This document shows, piece after piece, positions 38,369 to 52,159 of a DNA stretch of 64,000 nt (within the stretch, counting starts at the first letter, position 1; every line of letters begins with the position of its first letter). A program made the translations under genes and the position numbers. The notes under the pieces are model-generated. The model searched no databases. It was not told the DNA's origin and worked only from the letters and a program-made list of their open reading frames with translations. This DNA is from Vicugna vicugna (Eukaryota): the NCBI GenBank assembly GCA_013265495.1, contig MU058636.1, positions 744,001 to 808,000 on the forward strand. Direction: 5' to 3'.

Positions 38369-38984
38369 AATAATGAAAAAAATCATTATTCTTAATCACA
38401 AACCAATTGAATTGCTTATAAAGGCTGGAGGGAGAGGGAATACTGAAGCCACAGTTAGATTTCACCATGAAACATTCAAGGTAGGGGCAGGAGACCGAAT
38501 ACCCCACCAAGAAACAAATGAAAAGCTTTGGTAATCAAGACTAGTAGGAGGCAGTGATTCACTGAGACACCATTAAGTAAGGCTTTAGATAATGGTAGGC
38601 TATCTTATTGTGCCCAAACCCTCTACAGAAATATTTTAAAATGCTGAAGTTGAAAAAAAAAGCTTTTAAAATACATTAGTCAAGATAAGAGCTGTTAGCA
38701 GGCCAAAATTTAATCAAAAGCAAAAAACATTGAGAGAAATAGGTGAAAATTTCAAAAAGCATTTTTCCCCTGAAGAAATGTGCCAATTCTTACTCAAGTT
38801 AGCTGTAGAGAAACAGGGGGTCTGTAAGTCAAGGCTCAGGTCCTGCCCAAGGTAGAGAATCTAAAAGAACCTCATAGTCACACAAATTCATCTAAGGGTC
38901 AGGGTGAGCTAGAGAGAGACCTGCTCCATTCTCCATTCAACTCCTCCCACAGGGCTTCAGGAGGAGGTGCCCTGGCATTGCCCT

Positions 38985-39212
38985 GAGGAAGGAGAGAGAA
39001 AGAGGAAAGAGGGAAAGAAAGAGAGATGAAGGGAGGGAGGAAGGGAGAGAGAGGGAGGGGAAGAAAGGATTGAAGGAAGAAGGAAAGAAGAAAGAAAGCA
39101 GAGAAAGAGAGAGAAGAAGGAAGAAATGGAAAAGGAAGCAAGGAACGAACGAATGAAGGGGAAAGAAGGGAGGGTGGGAGGAAGAGGAAGGAAGGAAGGA
39201 GAGAGAGAGGGA
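38985..39212. repeat. Polypurine (GA-rich) low-complexity tract
   Basis: About 230 nt almost entirely G/A on the + strand. Confidence 0.9.
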
Positions 39213-40257
39213 ACCCATCCTAGAAGGCTGCAGTCTCTGGTGGGCCGGCCTTCTAGCAGAATATCCCAAATTGGTATCACCAGGGCTGTCCAGGAAACCT
39301 CAAGCTTCGTTAGCTTAAAACGGCTCAGGATTGGTAGGGCTACAAGTGGCAGGTAGAAGCAAAAAGGAATACACTCTGAAGAAAAATACCTTCATCCTAG
39401 GCCTCAAAGAAGCCCCACAAATTACTTATCAAGGGAAAGAAATAGTATAAGGCCAAGAGGAAGCAGAGCATCGTAAGAGACATAACAAATAAAAGGCAGC
39501 AGAACCTATCCACGGAAGACTTCAAATGCTTGAACTGGAAGACACAGATTTCTTTAGAAAGAAAATAGCCAGCCGCACTATGTATGGAAAAAAAAACCCC
39601 ACAAGCTTTAACATACCTATGTGGGGAGAAACTATGAAAAGTGACCCAGAAAGCTTGAAAAAGAGACAAATGAAACCTCTACAAATGGGGGAAGTCATAG
39701 TCAAAAATTCAATGGGCAAATCTGGCATCAGATAGGATGATGCTGAAAGTGAAAATAATAAAATGAAATATAGATTGGAGAAATTACCCAAAATACAGCA
39801 CAGAGGAGCAAAATGTGGAATATGCATAAAAGAGCTTAGAAGGTCAAGTAAATAAAGTGAAAAGATCTAACGTAGATTTAATCGGAGTCCTGGGGGAAAA
39901 AGAGGGAGAAAAACGGAGCAGAGGCAACATGTGAAGAAACAGTGGCTAAGAATCTTCTACAAAGGCAAGAAAACCAATAAACCTTAACAGGATAAATAAA
40001 AAAAAAAACACACACTTAGACTTACAGTGAATACAGAGAACAAAAATCTAAAAGAAAAATCTTAAAATCAGCCAAAGAAAAATAAAAGAGGAAGAAGAAA
40101 CACTTCCCCAAATATTTTATGAAGCCACATTATAATGGCACCAAAACCAGACAAAGTCATTACAAGAAAACAAAATCTTTTGTAAATATGGATACCAAAA
40201 TCTTTAGCAAAATATTGAAACTATTCCAATATATGGAACGATTGTACATCATGACCT

Positions 40258-40870
40258 TTGTAGGTTGAACTGCGTTTCCCACCAAAAGAAAACATGTTGC
40301 CATCCTAACCCCCAGCACCTTGATGTGACCACGTTTGGAAGTAAGCTGTTTTAGTCTGTTTGAGCTGCTATTACACAGCAATACAGACTGGGTAGCTTAT
40401 AAACAACAGAAATCTGTTTCTCACAGTTTTGGAGGCTGAGAAATTCAAGATCAAGGCACCAGCATTGTCATGTTCTGCTGAGAACCATCCACCTGTTTAT
40501 AACTGGCACCTTCTTACTGTGCCCTCACCTGGAAGAGCAGCTATGGATCTCTCTGGACCCTCTTTTATGAGGCAATAATCCCACTGATGAGGGCTCCATC
40601 TTCATGCTGAAGCACCTCCCAAAGGCCCCCCCTACTAATGCCATCATCCCTGGGGGTTAGGATTGCAACATAAGAGTTGGGTGGGGGGACACAAACATTT
40701 GGACTACAGAATAAATTCTTTGCAGACTTAACCAAATTAAGATGATGTCATCAGGGTGAGCCCTAATCCACTACGACTAGTGTCCTATAAAAAGGGGAAA
40801 CTTGGACTCAGAGACAGACACACAGAGGGAAGCTTATGTGAAGAGACAAGGAGAACGTCCTGTCCAATAC
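40258..40870. mobile_element. MaLR MLT1 LTR with a second, oppositely oriented MLT1 nested in it (about 40347-40710), within L1 sequence
   Basis: cctaacccccagcacct...gtgacc and gggtgagccctaatcc...gtcctataaaaagggga flank tagtctgtttgagctgctattaca...gggggacacaaacatt. Confidence 0.7.
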
Positions 40871-40889
40871 CCCTTATCAACAATGATGC

Positions 40890-42470
40890 AGGGAAAGGGG
40901 TGGGAAGGGATAAGCTGGGAGTTCTAGATTTGCAGATACTAACTGCTATACACAAAACGGACAAACAACAAGTTTATACTGTACAGCACAGGGAACTATA
41001 TTCAACATCTTGTAGTAACCTATGATGAAAAAGAATATGAAAACAAATATATGTATCTTCCTATATGACTGAAGTATTGTGCTGTACACCAGAAATTGAT
41101 ACAACATTGTAAACTGACTATGCTTCAATAAAGAAAAAAGAAAGCCAAAAAAAAAAAAGAAAAAGAAAGTTGGAAAAAGAGATGCAAAATTTCTCAACAA
41201 AATGTTAGTGAGCAGAATTCAACAGGAAAATAAAAGGATTATATACCATGATCAAATGGCATTTATCCCTGGATGCAGGGATGGTTCAACATTCAAAAAT
41301 CAAGAAGTGTAACACATTGCATGAACATAATGAAGGACGAAAGTCACAAAATCATCTCAACTGATGCATTAAAAATTACAAATTCAACACCCATTCATCA
41401 TAAAAATGCTCAACATACTAAGAATAGAAAGAAGATACCGCAATATAATAAAGCCATTTATGACAAGCCCATAGCTAACATCATGCTCGATGGTGAATGA
41501 CTGAAAGTCTCCCTCTAAGATCAGGAACAAGACAAGAACGTCCACTTTCATCACTTCTGTTTTACTGGAAGTCCTAGCCAGAGTACTTAGGCAAGATAAA
41601 TAAATAGATAAGGGCATCCAAATTGGAAAGAAAGAAAGAAAAGTATCTCTGTTCACAATGACATGTACTTACACACAGAAAATCCTAAATATTCCACTCA
41701 GACACACAGAAAAAAAAAAACTTGTTAGGACTAATAAACTAATTCAACAAAGTGGCAGGATGTAAAACCAACACATAAAAATTATTTTGTTTCTATACAG
41801 TAACAATGAACAATCTGAAAAGGAATTTAAAAAATAATGTCATTCACAACAGCACCAAAAAGGATAAAATATGTAGGAATTAACTTATCCCAGGGGGCAA
41901 AATATTTGCACACAGAGAACTAGAAAATGTTGCTGAAAAACTGAAGAAGGTAACAATAAATGGAAAGACATCCCACGTTCATGAATTGGAAGACTTAATA
42001 TTGCTGAGATGTCAGTACTATCCTGAACAGTCTACAGATTCAGTGCGATCCCTATCAAAGTTCCAATGATGCTTTTTGCAGAAATAGAAAAATTCCTAAA
42101 AATCACATGAAATCTTAAGGGACCCCAAACAGCCAAAACAACCTTGAAAATGAAGAACAAAGCTGGAGGTCTCACATTCCCTTATCTTTAAACTTACTAC
42201 AGAGCTATGATCATCAAAACAGTGTGATACGTGCATGAAGACAGACATACAGAGCAAATGAAATAAAATACAGAGCATAGAAATAAACCCTCACATACAT
42301 GGTCAGATAACTTTCAACAAGGGTGCCAAGACCACTGAGTGGGGAAAGGATAGCCTCCTCAAAAAATGGAGTTGGGAAAACTGGATATCCACAAACAAAA
42401 GAATAAAGTTGGACCCTTATCTTGTACCATGTAAGTGATTGATTTAGAGAAGAAAAAAAAAGCCAATAGC
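40890..42470 (+). mobile_element. L1 3' tail (40890-41165) followed by a degenerate L1 ORF2 RT region
   Basis: gatgcagggatggttcaacatt, ggcatccaaattggaaag, gttcatgaattggaagacttaatatt. Confidence 0.8.
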
Positions 42471-44649
42471 CCATAATTGTATGAAAATATGCTCAAATTC
42501 AATCAGGCTCAAGCTAAAACTAGAAGGCACGCCAATGCCAAGTGCTCAGCATACGGGGAACTGGAAATCGATGTAGTACAGTTAGGAGCAGAAATGCAAT
42601 TTTAGGTTGCACATGCCCTACAATTCAGGACTTCCACTTTTAATCGTAGCTTAAAAAACACATGTGAACACAAGGAGATATAAACAAAGAAAGACATGCA
42701 TTTCAGCACTATTTCTAACAGTAAAAAAAAAATCTAAATACTTATCAATAGAGGAACTGTTTAACAAAGCCTATCTTAATCATATGATGAAATATTGTAG
42801 AGACATTAAAAAGAGTGACTCTATTAACAAATAAATGATAAATATAGATGGATAATCTCAAAAGCCTAAGCGTGATGTGAAAATGATATATGGACTCTAT
42901 TAAATCACGTATGTAAACTTTTAAAAACGTAACTACAATATTATATCTTGCCTATGGATCTATAGTTATAAATGTAGTTGTAGACATTAAAAAAGGACTA
43001 AAATCATACATAACACACTCATAATAGTAATTGCCTTGGGTGGGAGGCGGGGGAGGGCAGACAGAAGGAATGAGCCTAGGTAATGGCTAAAGGTAATTTT
43101 TGCTTTGCTTTATTGCCAATGATTCCTTTTTTAAAAAACAGAGAAAATCCTGGAAGCTAATGTTGACAAAATGATACAGGCTGTTTATTCTGTATGGTGA
43201 AAATAACAGCGCTGGTTAAATTTTATAAGCACGCACTGCCACACATGTCCACGCAGACAGCACCAGCATCCACCCAGCAGTGACGGTCCAAACTACTAGG
43301 ACGCTTCTAAGTAACAGGTAACTGACATTCAACTCTGTCATTTCCATTTATTATCACTTTATCTGGCCCGGATACAGGAAGGTGATTTCAGCCTCCCAAC
43401 ACCTGTCCCACAGTATTTGGAGGGCAAGAATCTGGGGTGAAGGAGCGGGAGGGGCAGACTGCCGGAGCAGCAGGACCCAGAGAGCGCAGGGAGCACGAGT
43501 TCGGTTGCTGTGACTGCTCCAGGGCAGCCGGCAAGCTTAAAGGGACAGCAAGCTGGAAGAGGGGCTTCAGGGGGACTCACCAGGCGCAGGCTGGGGACAC
43601 CACGCAGGACCAGAAAACTGATCTCTCGGGGTCATATCCTGAATGTCGTCGCTCAGCACGCACACACAGCTCTACCCCAGACTGCGGCCCCTGGTCCTCG
43701 CCAGGCATGGGATGATCCCTTCCCAGCTTGCCTCTGGAAGTTCTGACAGTTGAGGAGTCGGCACCTGCTGTGCACCCTGCTTGTGAGATGGGGCTGCCAA
43801 GCGCCCAGTCCTTACACACTTCTATCAGTATTTACCGTATTAGAAACAACCCTGGTACCATCATGCCCAAGAGCAAGCCAGCATTACTTCCAGACACTAA
43901 ATATGCAGATACCCAGAACCCCAGCCATTCGACTCTAGGAAACATTTACCGAAGAACCCACAGGGAAGGCTCACAAGACGTGTACAGGTCTGTAGAAATG
44001 GGAGCAGCTGGGAACAACCCAAGTGTCCACGGCGAGAGGAAGAGATAAGCCATGGTATCTGAATTCAACAGAGTCTCATGTGCCAGTCAGAAGCCCGTTC
44101 TACAAAGTGACACAAAATAGGTCTTGAAAAGAACCATATTTATGAAAGTTAGAAGCTGAGTGAGATTTATACCATAATACCATTTATATAAGCTTTTAAA
44201 ATTTACACAAAATAAACATTATATAGTCATTATTATATAGTTTTTCAAAGAAATACATTCAAAATATAAAGACGGCTTGGGAGGACAAAGCTTAAATACA
44301 CTAGGGGATGAGGAGGACGGAACTGCAGGCAGGAGATGAAGAAAACCTATTCAGGACAAATGAAAGACAACACAAGTGTAGCCCTTCTGGACCGATAACA
44401 CAGTGTCATTAATAAAGGGTTTGACCAAAGATATTGGCCTGTAATTTTCTTTTTTGTTAGTGTCTTTGTCTGGTTTTGGTATCAGGGTGATTGTGGCTTC
44501 ATAGAATGAGTTTAGGAGCATTCCCTCCTCTTCAGTCTTTCGGAAGAGTTCAGGATTTGAGGATACTACCTACTATAAACAAAATGGATAAACAGCAAGG
44601 TCCTACCATAGAGCACAGGGAACTACATTCAATACCTTGTAACAGCCTG

Positions 44650-45520
44650 CATGTAATGGTCCTGTGACCACAGCTTTGCCCAGGGCCTGCCAGGATGTCT
44701 CTCCTTAGCCCCAACCTGGAGAAGCACTATTGGGAACCCTTATCTCCCCGGGAGGAGGGTCTTTGGCTCCTGTCCTTGATCCTCAAGACATGGACCCTGG
44801 CCCCTTTTCTGCACCTGCCAGAAAAAAATGAAACACACAAATAAACAAGAGTAAGTTACTAGTTCAGCAGAGGTGTCCTGCCCACAGTGAAGGTGACCAC
44901 AGCAGCCAGCTGTCTCAACTTCTAGTCTGTTTTCCAGACACTCTCTGAATTGTCCTCCCTAGATTCTGTGGAAATCAGTGAAGGCCAGCCAAGCAAGATT
45001 AGGCAAAGGCCTTGCTCTAGCAAGGGAGACTGCCACCATCACTTGCATTCTGGCAGAGACTGAAAGGGGGGCAGAGGAGTGGGGAAGCTTTACAGAAGAA
45101 AGGAAAGGCTTCAGGTGTGCCCTGATTGAAGGCTGCTGACAATGAGAAGCTGTATGCAGATAGGCTACTAGAAGCAGGGCATCCTATGCGATGGGATAGG
45201 GGTATACATTTGGCTTTCTCTAGTTGGTCCTAAGTTGGGAGTAGAGACAAAAATTAGGGAAGCTGTCAGTTCTGAATCAAGTCCTGGTTGTTGGTGGACA
45301 ATTGTTACAGGGGTTATTGTTTGGCTTCCTGGACTGTTACTAGAGATAGTGGTCTGACTTTCTACAAGTCTGATTTGTAGATAGCTGACTGGTTTCCTGG
45401 GCTGGTTACCGTAGATAACATGTTGGTTTCCTGGGCTGGTTGCTGCAAACTGTGGTGGGAGTTCTGTTTTTATATATGGTCTGGCCACTGTCTGTTTGTA
45501 TACGCAATCTCTCAGTTTAA
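44650..45520. mobile_element. LTR-derived sequence between L1 fragments
   Basis: LTR-like composition (caggtgtgccctgattg, tggttgctgcaaactgtg) flanked by L1 3' pieces at 44420-44650 and 45535-46060; family uncertain. Confidence 0.45.
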
Positions 45521-46699
45521 AACTTCTAAGCAGATGGAGAAAAGGGAACCATCCTACAATGTTGGTGGGAATGTAAATTGGTGCAGCCACTATGGAAAAA
45601 AGTGTAGGTGTTCCTTAAAAATCTAAAAATAGACTTACCATATGATTCAGCAATCCTACTCCTGGGCATATACTGGGAGAAAACTTGAACTCAATGTTCA
45701 TAGCAGCACTATTTACAATAGCCAAGACATGGAAACAACCTAAATGTCCATAGACAGATACTGGATAAAGAAGATGTGGTATATTTATATAATGGAATAT
45801 TACCTAGCAATAAAAAGGAATGACACAATGCCATTTTCAGCAACATCTAGAGATGATCATACTGAGTGAAGTAAATCAGAGAAACACAAATATCACTCAT
45901 ATGTGAAATCTAAAAAATGATACAAATGAACTTATTCACAAGACAGAAGCAGACTCACAGACACAGAAAACAAACTTATGGTTACCAAAGGAGAAAGACA
46001 GTGGGCAGGGGAGGGATAAATTAGGAGCTTGGGATTTGTAGATACTATTTATATAAAAGAGATGAACATATTCCCCACTGATTACCTTCATTTCCTCTAG
46101 CATAACAGTTAGTGAAAGGAGTACATTATAGAATAGATAGCCTTAACTAGAAATGTCTTTGAAATGTGTCACTTAAAAGAACAGAGCAAATCTCATAACG
46201 ACTGACCTCTGGAAGTAAAGCTTCTGTGAGATGTCCAATCAGCCTCCACCGGAAGAGAATATCTGGACCCCTCAGTTTCACCAGGAACTTCAGCTACAAT
46301 TTCCTTTAGATGAACCGTGACCCAGCAGATCATAGACAGTTTGAGTCCTGTGAGTTTTGTAGTTGCCTCCGGTTGCTCCGTGTGTATTTTGACTGTGGAC
46401 ATCATTTATACTTAAGAAATTCAGGCAACTGGATTGTGCCCTAACCAGTCTAGCTGAAAAAAACATTCATAGAAATCTCCAACACACCATGAACCACTGC
46501 ATTTTTAAGATCCATATAGGGTTGATATATCATAGATTCCGTCTGAGGTGGTTTATTCCCTAATTTAACAAAAGGACAAAAAAGTATGCAAAGAGCCTGG
46601 AAAAGGCATCTAAAAATGTGCTCCTTGGTTGCCACTAACTGTGGTCAGGACAGAGCACAGAATCTGGAGGTGAAATGCCTTGCTTTAAATCTCAGCCAG

Positions 46700-47062
46700 A
46701 TATGTCTGGAGGGAACTCTAATTTGAAAAGATACATCCACCAAAATGTTCACAGCAGCACTATATAAAATAGCTAAGACATGGAAGAACCTAAATGTCCA
46801 TCAACAGATGACTGGATAAGGAAGTCGTGGTACATTTATACAATGAAATATTACTCAGCAATAAAAAAGAATAAAATAATGCCATTTGCAGCAACATGGA
46901 CGCACCTGGAGATTGTCATTCTAAGTGAAGTAAGCCAGAAAGAGAAAGAAAAATATCATATATCACTCATATGTGGAATCAAGAAAGAAAAGAAANNNNN
47001 NNNNNNNNNNNNNNNNNNNNNNNNNNNNNNNNNNNNNNNNNNNNNNNNNNNNNNNAAAGAAA

Positions 47063-47093
<31 letters not shown>

Positions 47094-47520
47094 AGAAAGA
47101 AAGAAAAGAAAGAAAAAGGAAGGAAGAAAGAAAAAGGAAGGAAGGAAGAAAGAAAGAAAGAAAAGGGAAGGGAAGGAAAGAAAAAAGAGGATATTAATGA
47201 ACTCATCTACAAAAGAAGCAGACTCACAGACATAGTAAACAATCTTATGGTTACCAGGAAAGAGGGTGGGAAGGGATAAATTTGGGAGCTTGAGATTTGC
47301 AGATGTTAACCACTATACATAAAAATAGATTTAAAAAAACAAATTTCTTCTGTATAGCACTGGGAATTATATTCAATATCTTGTAAGAACCTTTAAAATG
47401 AAACAGAATAAGAAAATGAATATATGTATATATATGCATGACTGAGGCATTATGATGTACACCAAAAATTGACACACTGTAACTGACTGTACTTCAATAA
47501 AAACAAATAAAAAAACAAAA
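46700..47520 (+). mobile_element. Young 5'-truncated L1 with 14-bp TSD and an internal (GAAA)n tract, inserted into a MIR
   Basis: TSD taaatctcagccag at 46686-46699 and 47521-47534; MIR-like sequence continues across the insertion. Confidence 0.85.
46996..47055. other. Assembly gap (60 N) inside a GAAA repeat
   Basis: Run of N. Confidence 1.
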
Positions 47521-47845
47521 TAAATCTCAGCCAGCACTGCCACTCACTGGCTGGGACCTTGGGCAATGGAATCACTATTCCAGAAGAAGAGAAAACCTGG
47601 AGAGGTTAAGGTACGAAACCAGGAGTGGGACACTTTTATATGCAGGGCACTCTCCTAAGTGAACGGGGCAGGGAGCTAGGGATCAGAAACGCGGACCTGT
47701 TGCCTAGAGGCTTCTTTAAAGGTCTAAAGTTAACCTACAGTTGGCCTTAGGTGATACTTTTGCTTGAGGAATGGAAAAAGCTACCTAGCTGAAACATAAA
47801 GCCCTGACATGATCTTATTTATCCATATCGTTTAAGGAGCCCACT

Positions 47846-48219
47846 TGTTGACTCGCTGGCTGAACTAGTGGACCACATTGTTTGAGTGTTCCTAGTTACC
47901 TGATCTTGTTTTTCCAGTGTTTGTTCCACAGAGCAGAACAAACTGGAAAGCAAGCTGGAAAAGAGCAGTAATGAGAAGGAGACAAGAAGCACCAAAGAAA
48001 ACAGATAAACGGACCCAGCGGGAACCCCAAAAGCCTGAATTCTTACATCAAGCCACCTGGCTTCCATCTTCCCTACTCGAGTGTCTTTCCCTCTTTTGAG
48101 CAATAAAGCAGCTTTCACTCGGCCCCTTTGTCTCCACTATGAATTCTTTCACGGCCGGAAGACAAGAACCCACTCTTTGGGGTTCTCCCCCTTTTAGGGG
48201 GCTTCCCCGCCTGCTAACA
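47846..48219 (+). mobile_element. Probable solo LTR
   Basis: tgttg...taaca termini and gcaataaagc...gaattctttcac...gacaagaaccc, typical of LTR R/U5. Confidence 0.55.
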
Positions 48220-48329
48220 TAGCACTTAGAAATTTTTTTCATAATTTTCGAATATTCATTCAGTAAAGGTTTGGACTAGACCATCTTTCAATCGATTCCA
48301 ACGTTGACATGGAAGACTGAGATTAAGTG

Positions 48330-49000
48330 CAGATGTGAAAGGTGCGAGCGAGCCGTCCCCGCCGGGGGCGAAGCTGTCCGCACCCGGCTGCGCCGGCCCG
48401 GGGGACAGAGCGGGCTCGAGCCCCAGCGCCGCGGCCACCAGGGGCCCGCCGGCCCTCCCCGCAGGACGGCTCCGGAGACCGCCCGCCGGCCGCTGGCGGT
48501 GGCAGCGCCCTTTTCCTGCAACTCTTTCTCCAGAGCACCTGCCACGTGGCAGACACTGTCGCCCACGGTCCCCACGAGGCAGGGGTCACAGCTGAGGAAA
48601 CTGAGGCGCTCGCCTGGCCGCCTAGGGCCGAGCCGGCCCCCGAGCTCAGCTTCTCTTCGGAGTCTGTGCGGGTCGGCCTCCCGCTCCGCGTCCCGCACGG
48701 TCCCCCGGCGCCTGCGGCCGCTGCTCCAGGGTCTCCCGGGCCCCGCCGGCTCCTCAGGCTCGGCCGCAGCCGCCCAGCTAAGCAACACCCGCGCGCGGGG
48801 GCCCCCGGGCTCTGCGCCTGCGCGGTCTGCGCCCTCGGCCGGCGCGCAGGAGCGGCCCCTGGCGTCGCGAGCTCTAGGGACTGAGATAAGGACGCCCCAC
48901 AAACAGGTCGCCGCACCATCACTCAGCACTTACCGTGCGCCGAGCCCTTCATCCAGGCTGGGCCACAACCCCTGGACGGAAGAGCCGTCGCGGTGCCCGC
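48330..49000. promoter_or_regulatory. CpG island; candidate promoter and first exon of the ATP8A2-like gene
   Basis: Very GC- and CpG-rich. NRF1-like TGCGCCTGCGC (48833), palindromic E-box GCCACGTGGC (48541-48550), and a minus-strand donor-like CAG|GCGAG at 48614. Confidence 0.75.
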
Positions 49001-51489
49001 CTGCAGCTGAAGTGGTCCAGCCAGGGCTCCAAGCTGTTGGTGATGATAAAGTGATCGCCTAATTAAAACAGTGTCCTCTACATTTCTCCATGGTGATGGC
49101 ACCTTTTGCAACATGTAATTAATAAGTAAGCTGCTGTTTTCGTATACTGATAACACGCAGGTTGGTATTCCACAGAACCCAAGTATGGATCCGAGAAAGA
49201 ATTCCTTCCATGACTCTGAACAGGCAAAGGGATGGAAATGTTGGATTAGGATGTGGGCTTTGACATAGTAATTCTGGGAGATTTGTGCCCATCGGAGACT
49301 GTAGTTGGATTGTGTGCTGCCTGCATAATATTTCTGCCTGAAATTTGTCATGGAAATGACTTCCTGAAATACAGTGATTGTGAGAGAAGCTCTATCAGAT
49401 GTGAGAAGTCCAAAATCAGTGGAACATCTAAAGCAATTCTGCTTTGTCTTTCTTCCCGCCTTTCCCCACCCAGCCTAGGCATTTGAGGGCATTTGTGTAT
49501 ATTTGCTGGTGAATATGTTATTTGGGAGACAGATCAGGACACATTTGCTGAGGATGGTTTGTCTCATTGCCTGTAACCCTAACAGATCACAGCTTGCAGA
49601 CAGGGGCAACTTAGACACATTCTAAAGCAGCTTAGTTTTTGCAGAATTAGAACTGAGAAGGTAAAATTGAGTATGTTCATCAAGTAGTAAAACTTAGCTT
49701 TGGAGGAACAGATAATAGTAACTGAATTATTTATTGGCACAACTGGCAAATGCAAACAATAAACAGTTTCACTTTTGACTCTATTCTGTGTTACATGTCT
49801 CATTCCTATGTCTCATAGAAGGTGTAGCTGACTTTGCTGGAAATTCACACATAGATCTGTAATATATTCCTAGGACCCTATGATAAGTGGTCTCCCCCAC
49901 TTCCCCTTCTGCGTAAAGGCATTTCAAAATTTGTTCAGACACTAAACTATTTAAGACAAAAAGACATGCTGTTTTATAGAAATCTGTTATGTTTTACTCT
50001 AAAATTCCATGAAATCTTAATGTATATAAGCCTTTATTTATATATAAATATATAAACATTTGTAACAAAATATGAATAGATAATAAATTCATAATATAGT
50101 TTAAGTATATATAATATACAAATCAGCAGGGACTATCTCACCATCAAAAACTACAATAATTCAGTTGTCTTCAAATGTGAGAAAGTTGAAGGACTTGAAA
50201 CGTAAGAACAGATTATTTTTCCGTTTATCGAGCACTGACCATGATGTTACAAAGATGGACACTCAGCTTGAGACACTTCTACATACGGATGTTTCAGTGT
50301 TTCCTGGTCCATTATGACTGCACAATACAGGTGTATCTGCCTTTTAAAGATACGCTGGCTTAAAACAATGCCTCACCTTACATCTTCCATGAATGAAAAT
50401 AGTGTAGACCTGGGAATGCAAATATATTTAGGCGGCCTCTACCAGAAGAGGGCAGCCCTCTTCTCACAAATTATCTGCATGGTGGGCGCCAAAGCACGGT
50501 GCTGGAAAAAATTTTAGAACCTTTATTTATAGCTATTATTTTTACCTTAACTTTAAAAAGCTTCTGTTTGGTGGCGTGTGCTTTATAATAATATATAAAT
50601 ACATATGAGCATGCCCTACACTATTATAATTTGTAAATAAATAAATATATGTGTATTTAAAGTGCAAGAAAAAGAAAAAAAGTATTATTGAAAGTAATGT
50701 ACCATCAAAAAAAGTTTAGAGGTCATGATTCTAAACTTGTCTCCACTAAGGCAAACTGCGAACCTTGCACTTTCCCAGAATCAAAGGTCTGTAATCACAT
50801 CTTTGAAAAGTTCTTTCCCTCATTCAATACATATTTAGGGAATATCCACTATGTCTCAGCTCCTCCTAAGTTCTGAAAATACAGGGTCCTGCCTTTATGA
50901 AACTCACAGTCTACTAAACACAGGCATTGAACAAATAAACACAAGACACATTTTTTTAAAAAATTGTATATTGTGTTAAGTGCCAAGAAAAATAAAGTTT
51001 TGAGAGAACAGCGAAAGCCCTTCCCAGGAAGTGACATTCAAGACGAAATCTAAAGGATGAGAATGAGGTATGCAGAGAGGAGAAGGAATCTTTCAGTCAT
51101 GGGAAACGGTGCACAAGCCTCAGCGGAGCTGAGAGCTCATCTCCCTGAAGGACCTAGGGTCCCTGTGCCTGGAACCCACGGGGAGGGAATGAGGCTGGGT
51201 GGGGTCAGACCTGTCCACTGGGGACAGGTCACTCAGAGGCTGGGGACCCTGTAAGAGTTTTACATTGCATCTACAAATCTGTGAACCAGTCACAGATTCT
51301 AGTCAGGGGTAAAAATTCAAGTTCATTTACGGAAGCTTCCATTTCAATTTATCATGCCCTCGCTTGCCTAAAGCGTGTCCGAGAGTCATGACAGACACAC
51401 TGCAGAGGAAGATGTCAAAACAGAGTGAAAAAAAAGAACGCGAGCCATCAAGACTTTTCTGGAAATCTGACAGCTCTGGAGCGCTGCGT

Positions 51490-52050
51490 CTGAATGGCCG
51501 GGGCGTGTGCGGCTTTGAACAATCGAAACTCCAGCTGGCGAGCAGGGCGGTCGCGGGCGGCGGGGGCCCAGGGGCCCAGCCAAGGACTCGCCGCAGAGGG
51601 GCGTCCGGGCTCTGCGCGCCGCCGCTTGGACCCACCTGTCAGGGCGCGCGCACGCACGCAGAGGGGCGCGCGTCTCCGCAAGGCTCGCGCGCGCGCGACC
51701 GTGGGGACCGTGACGGGGCCGCACTTTGAGGTTGGGCCTCCTCGGCCGCCGTCGCCCGATCGATCGTCACGCGTGTCGCGGCGCCCCGGTCCCCGGACGT
51801 GGGCGGCGCGTGAGGATTACGGACGGTGCGTCCCCCGCGGCTGCAGCGCCGGCGCGAGGAGGGCCAGGGAGCGCCGGGGAGCGACCCTCGCGTCGCGGCT
51901 GCCGAGGGCCTCGGCTGGTCTGAGGTTCGTGGCCGGACCGTTCGCGGGCCACAGGCCTGAGGACCGTTGGTCCCGCCACCGAGGGCGCCTCTGGCCCCGG
52001 CTGCAGCGTGGGGGTCCCAGCCTGAGGACTGGGAACCCGGCAGGAGACTA
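51490..52050. promoter_or_regulatory. Second CpG island (no gene assigned)
   Basis: Dense CpG, with (GC)n runs at 51644-51697. Confidence 0.7.
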
Positions 52051-52159
52051 ACAAGAAGGGGAGAGGCCTGGAAAACTAGGCCAGCCCAAGAAGGGGTGAA
52101 CGTGTGGTGGTCAGGCAAAGCCGAAAGCCTTGGGGATGGCGGAAAACTGAAGTTCTCGT

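Noticed and set aside
38899..39356. Low-complexity ORFs over the GA tract (and at 46780-47279)
   Set aside because: Artefacts of simple repeats and the N gap.
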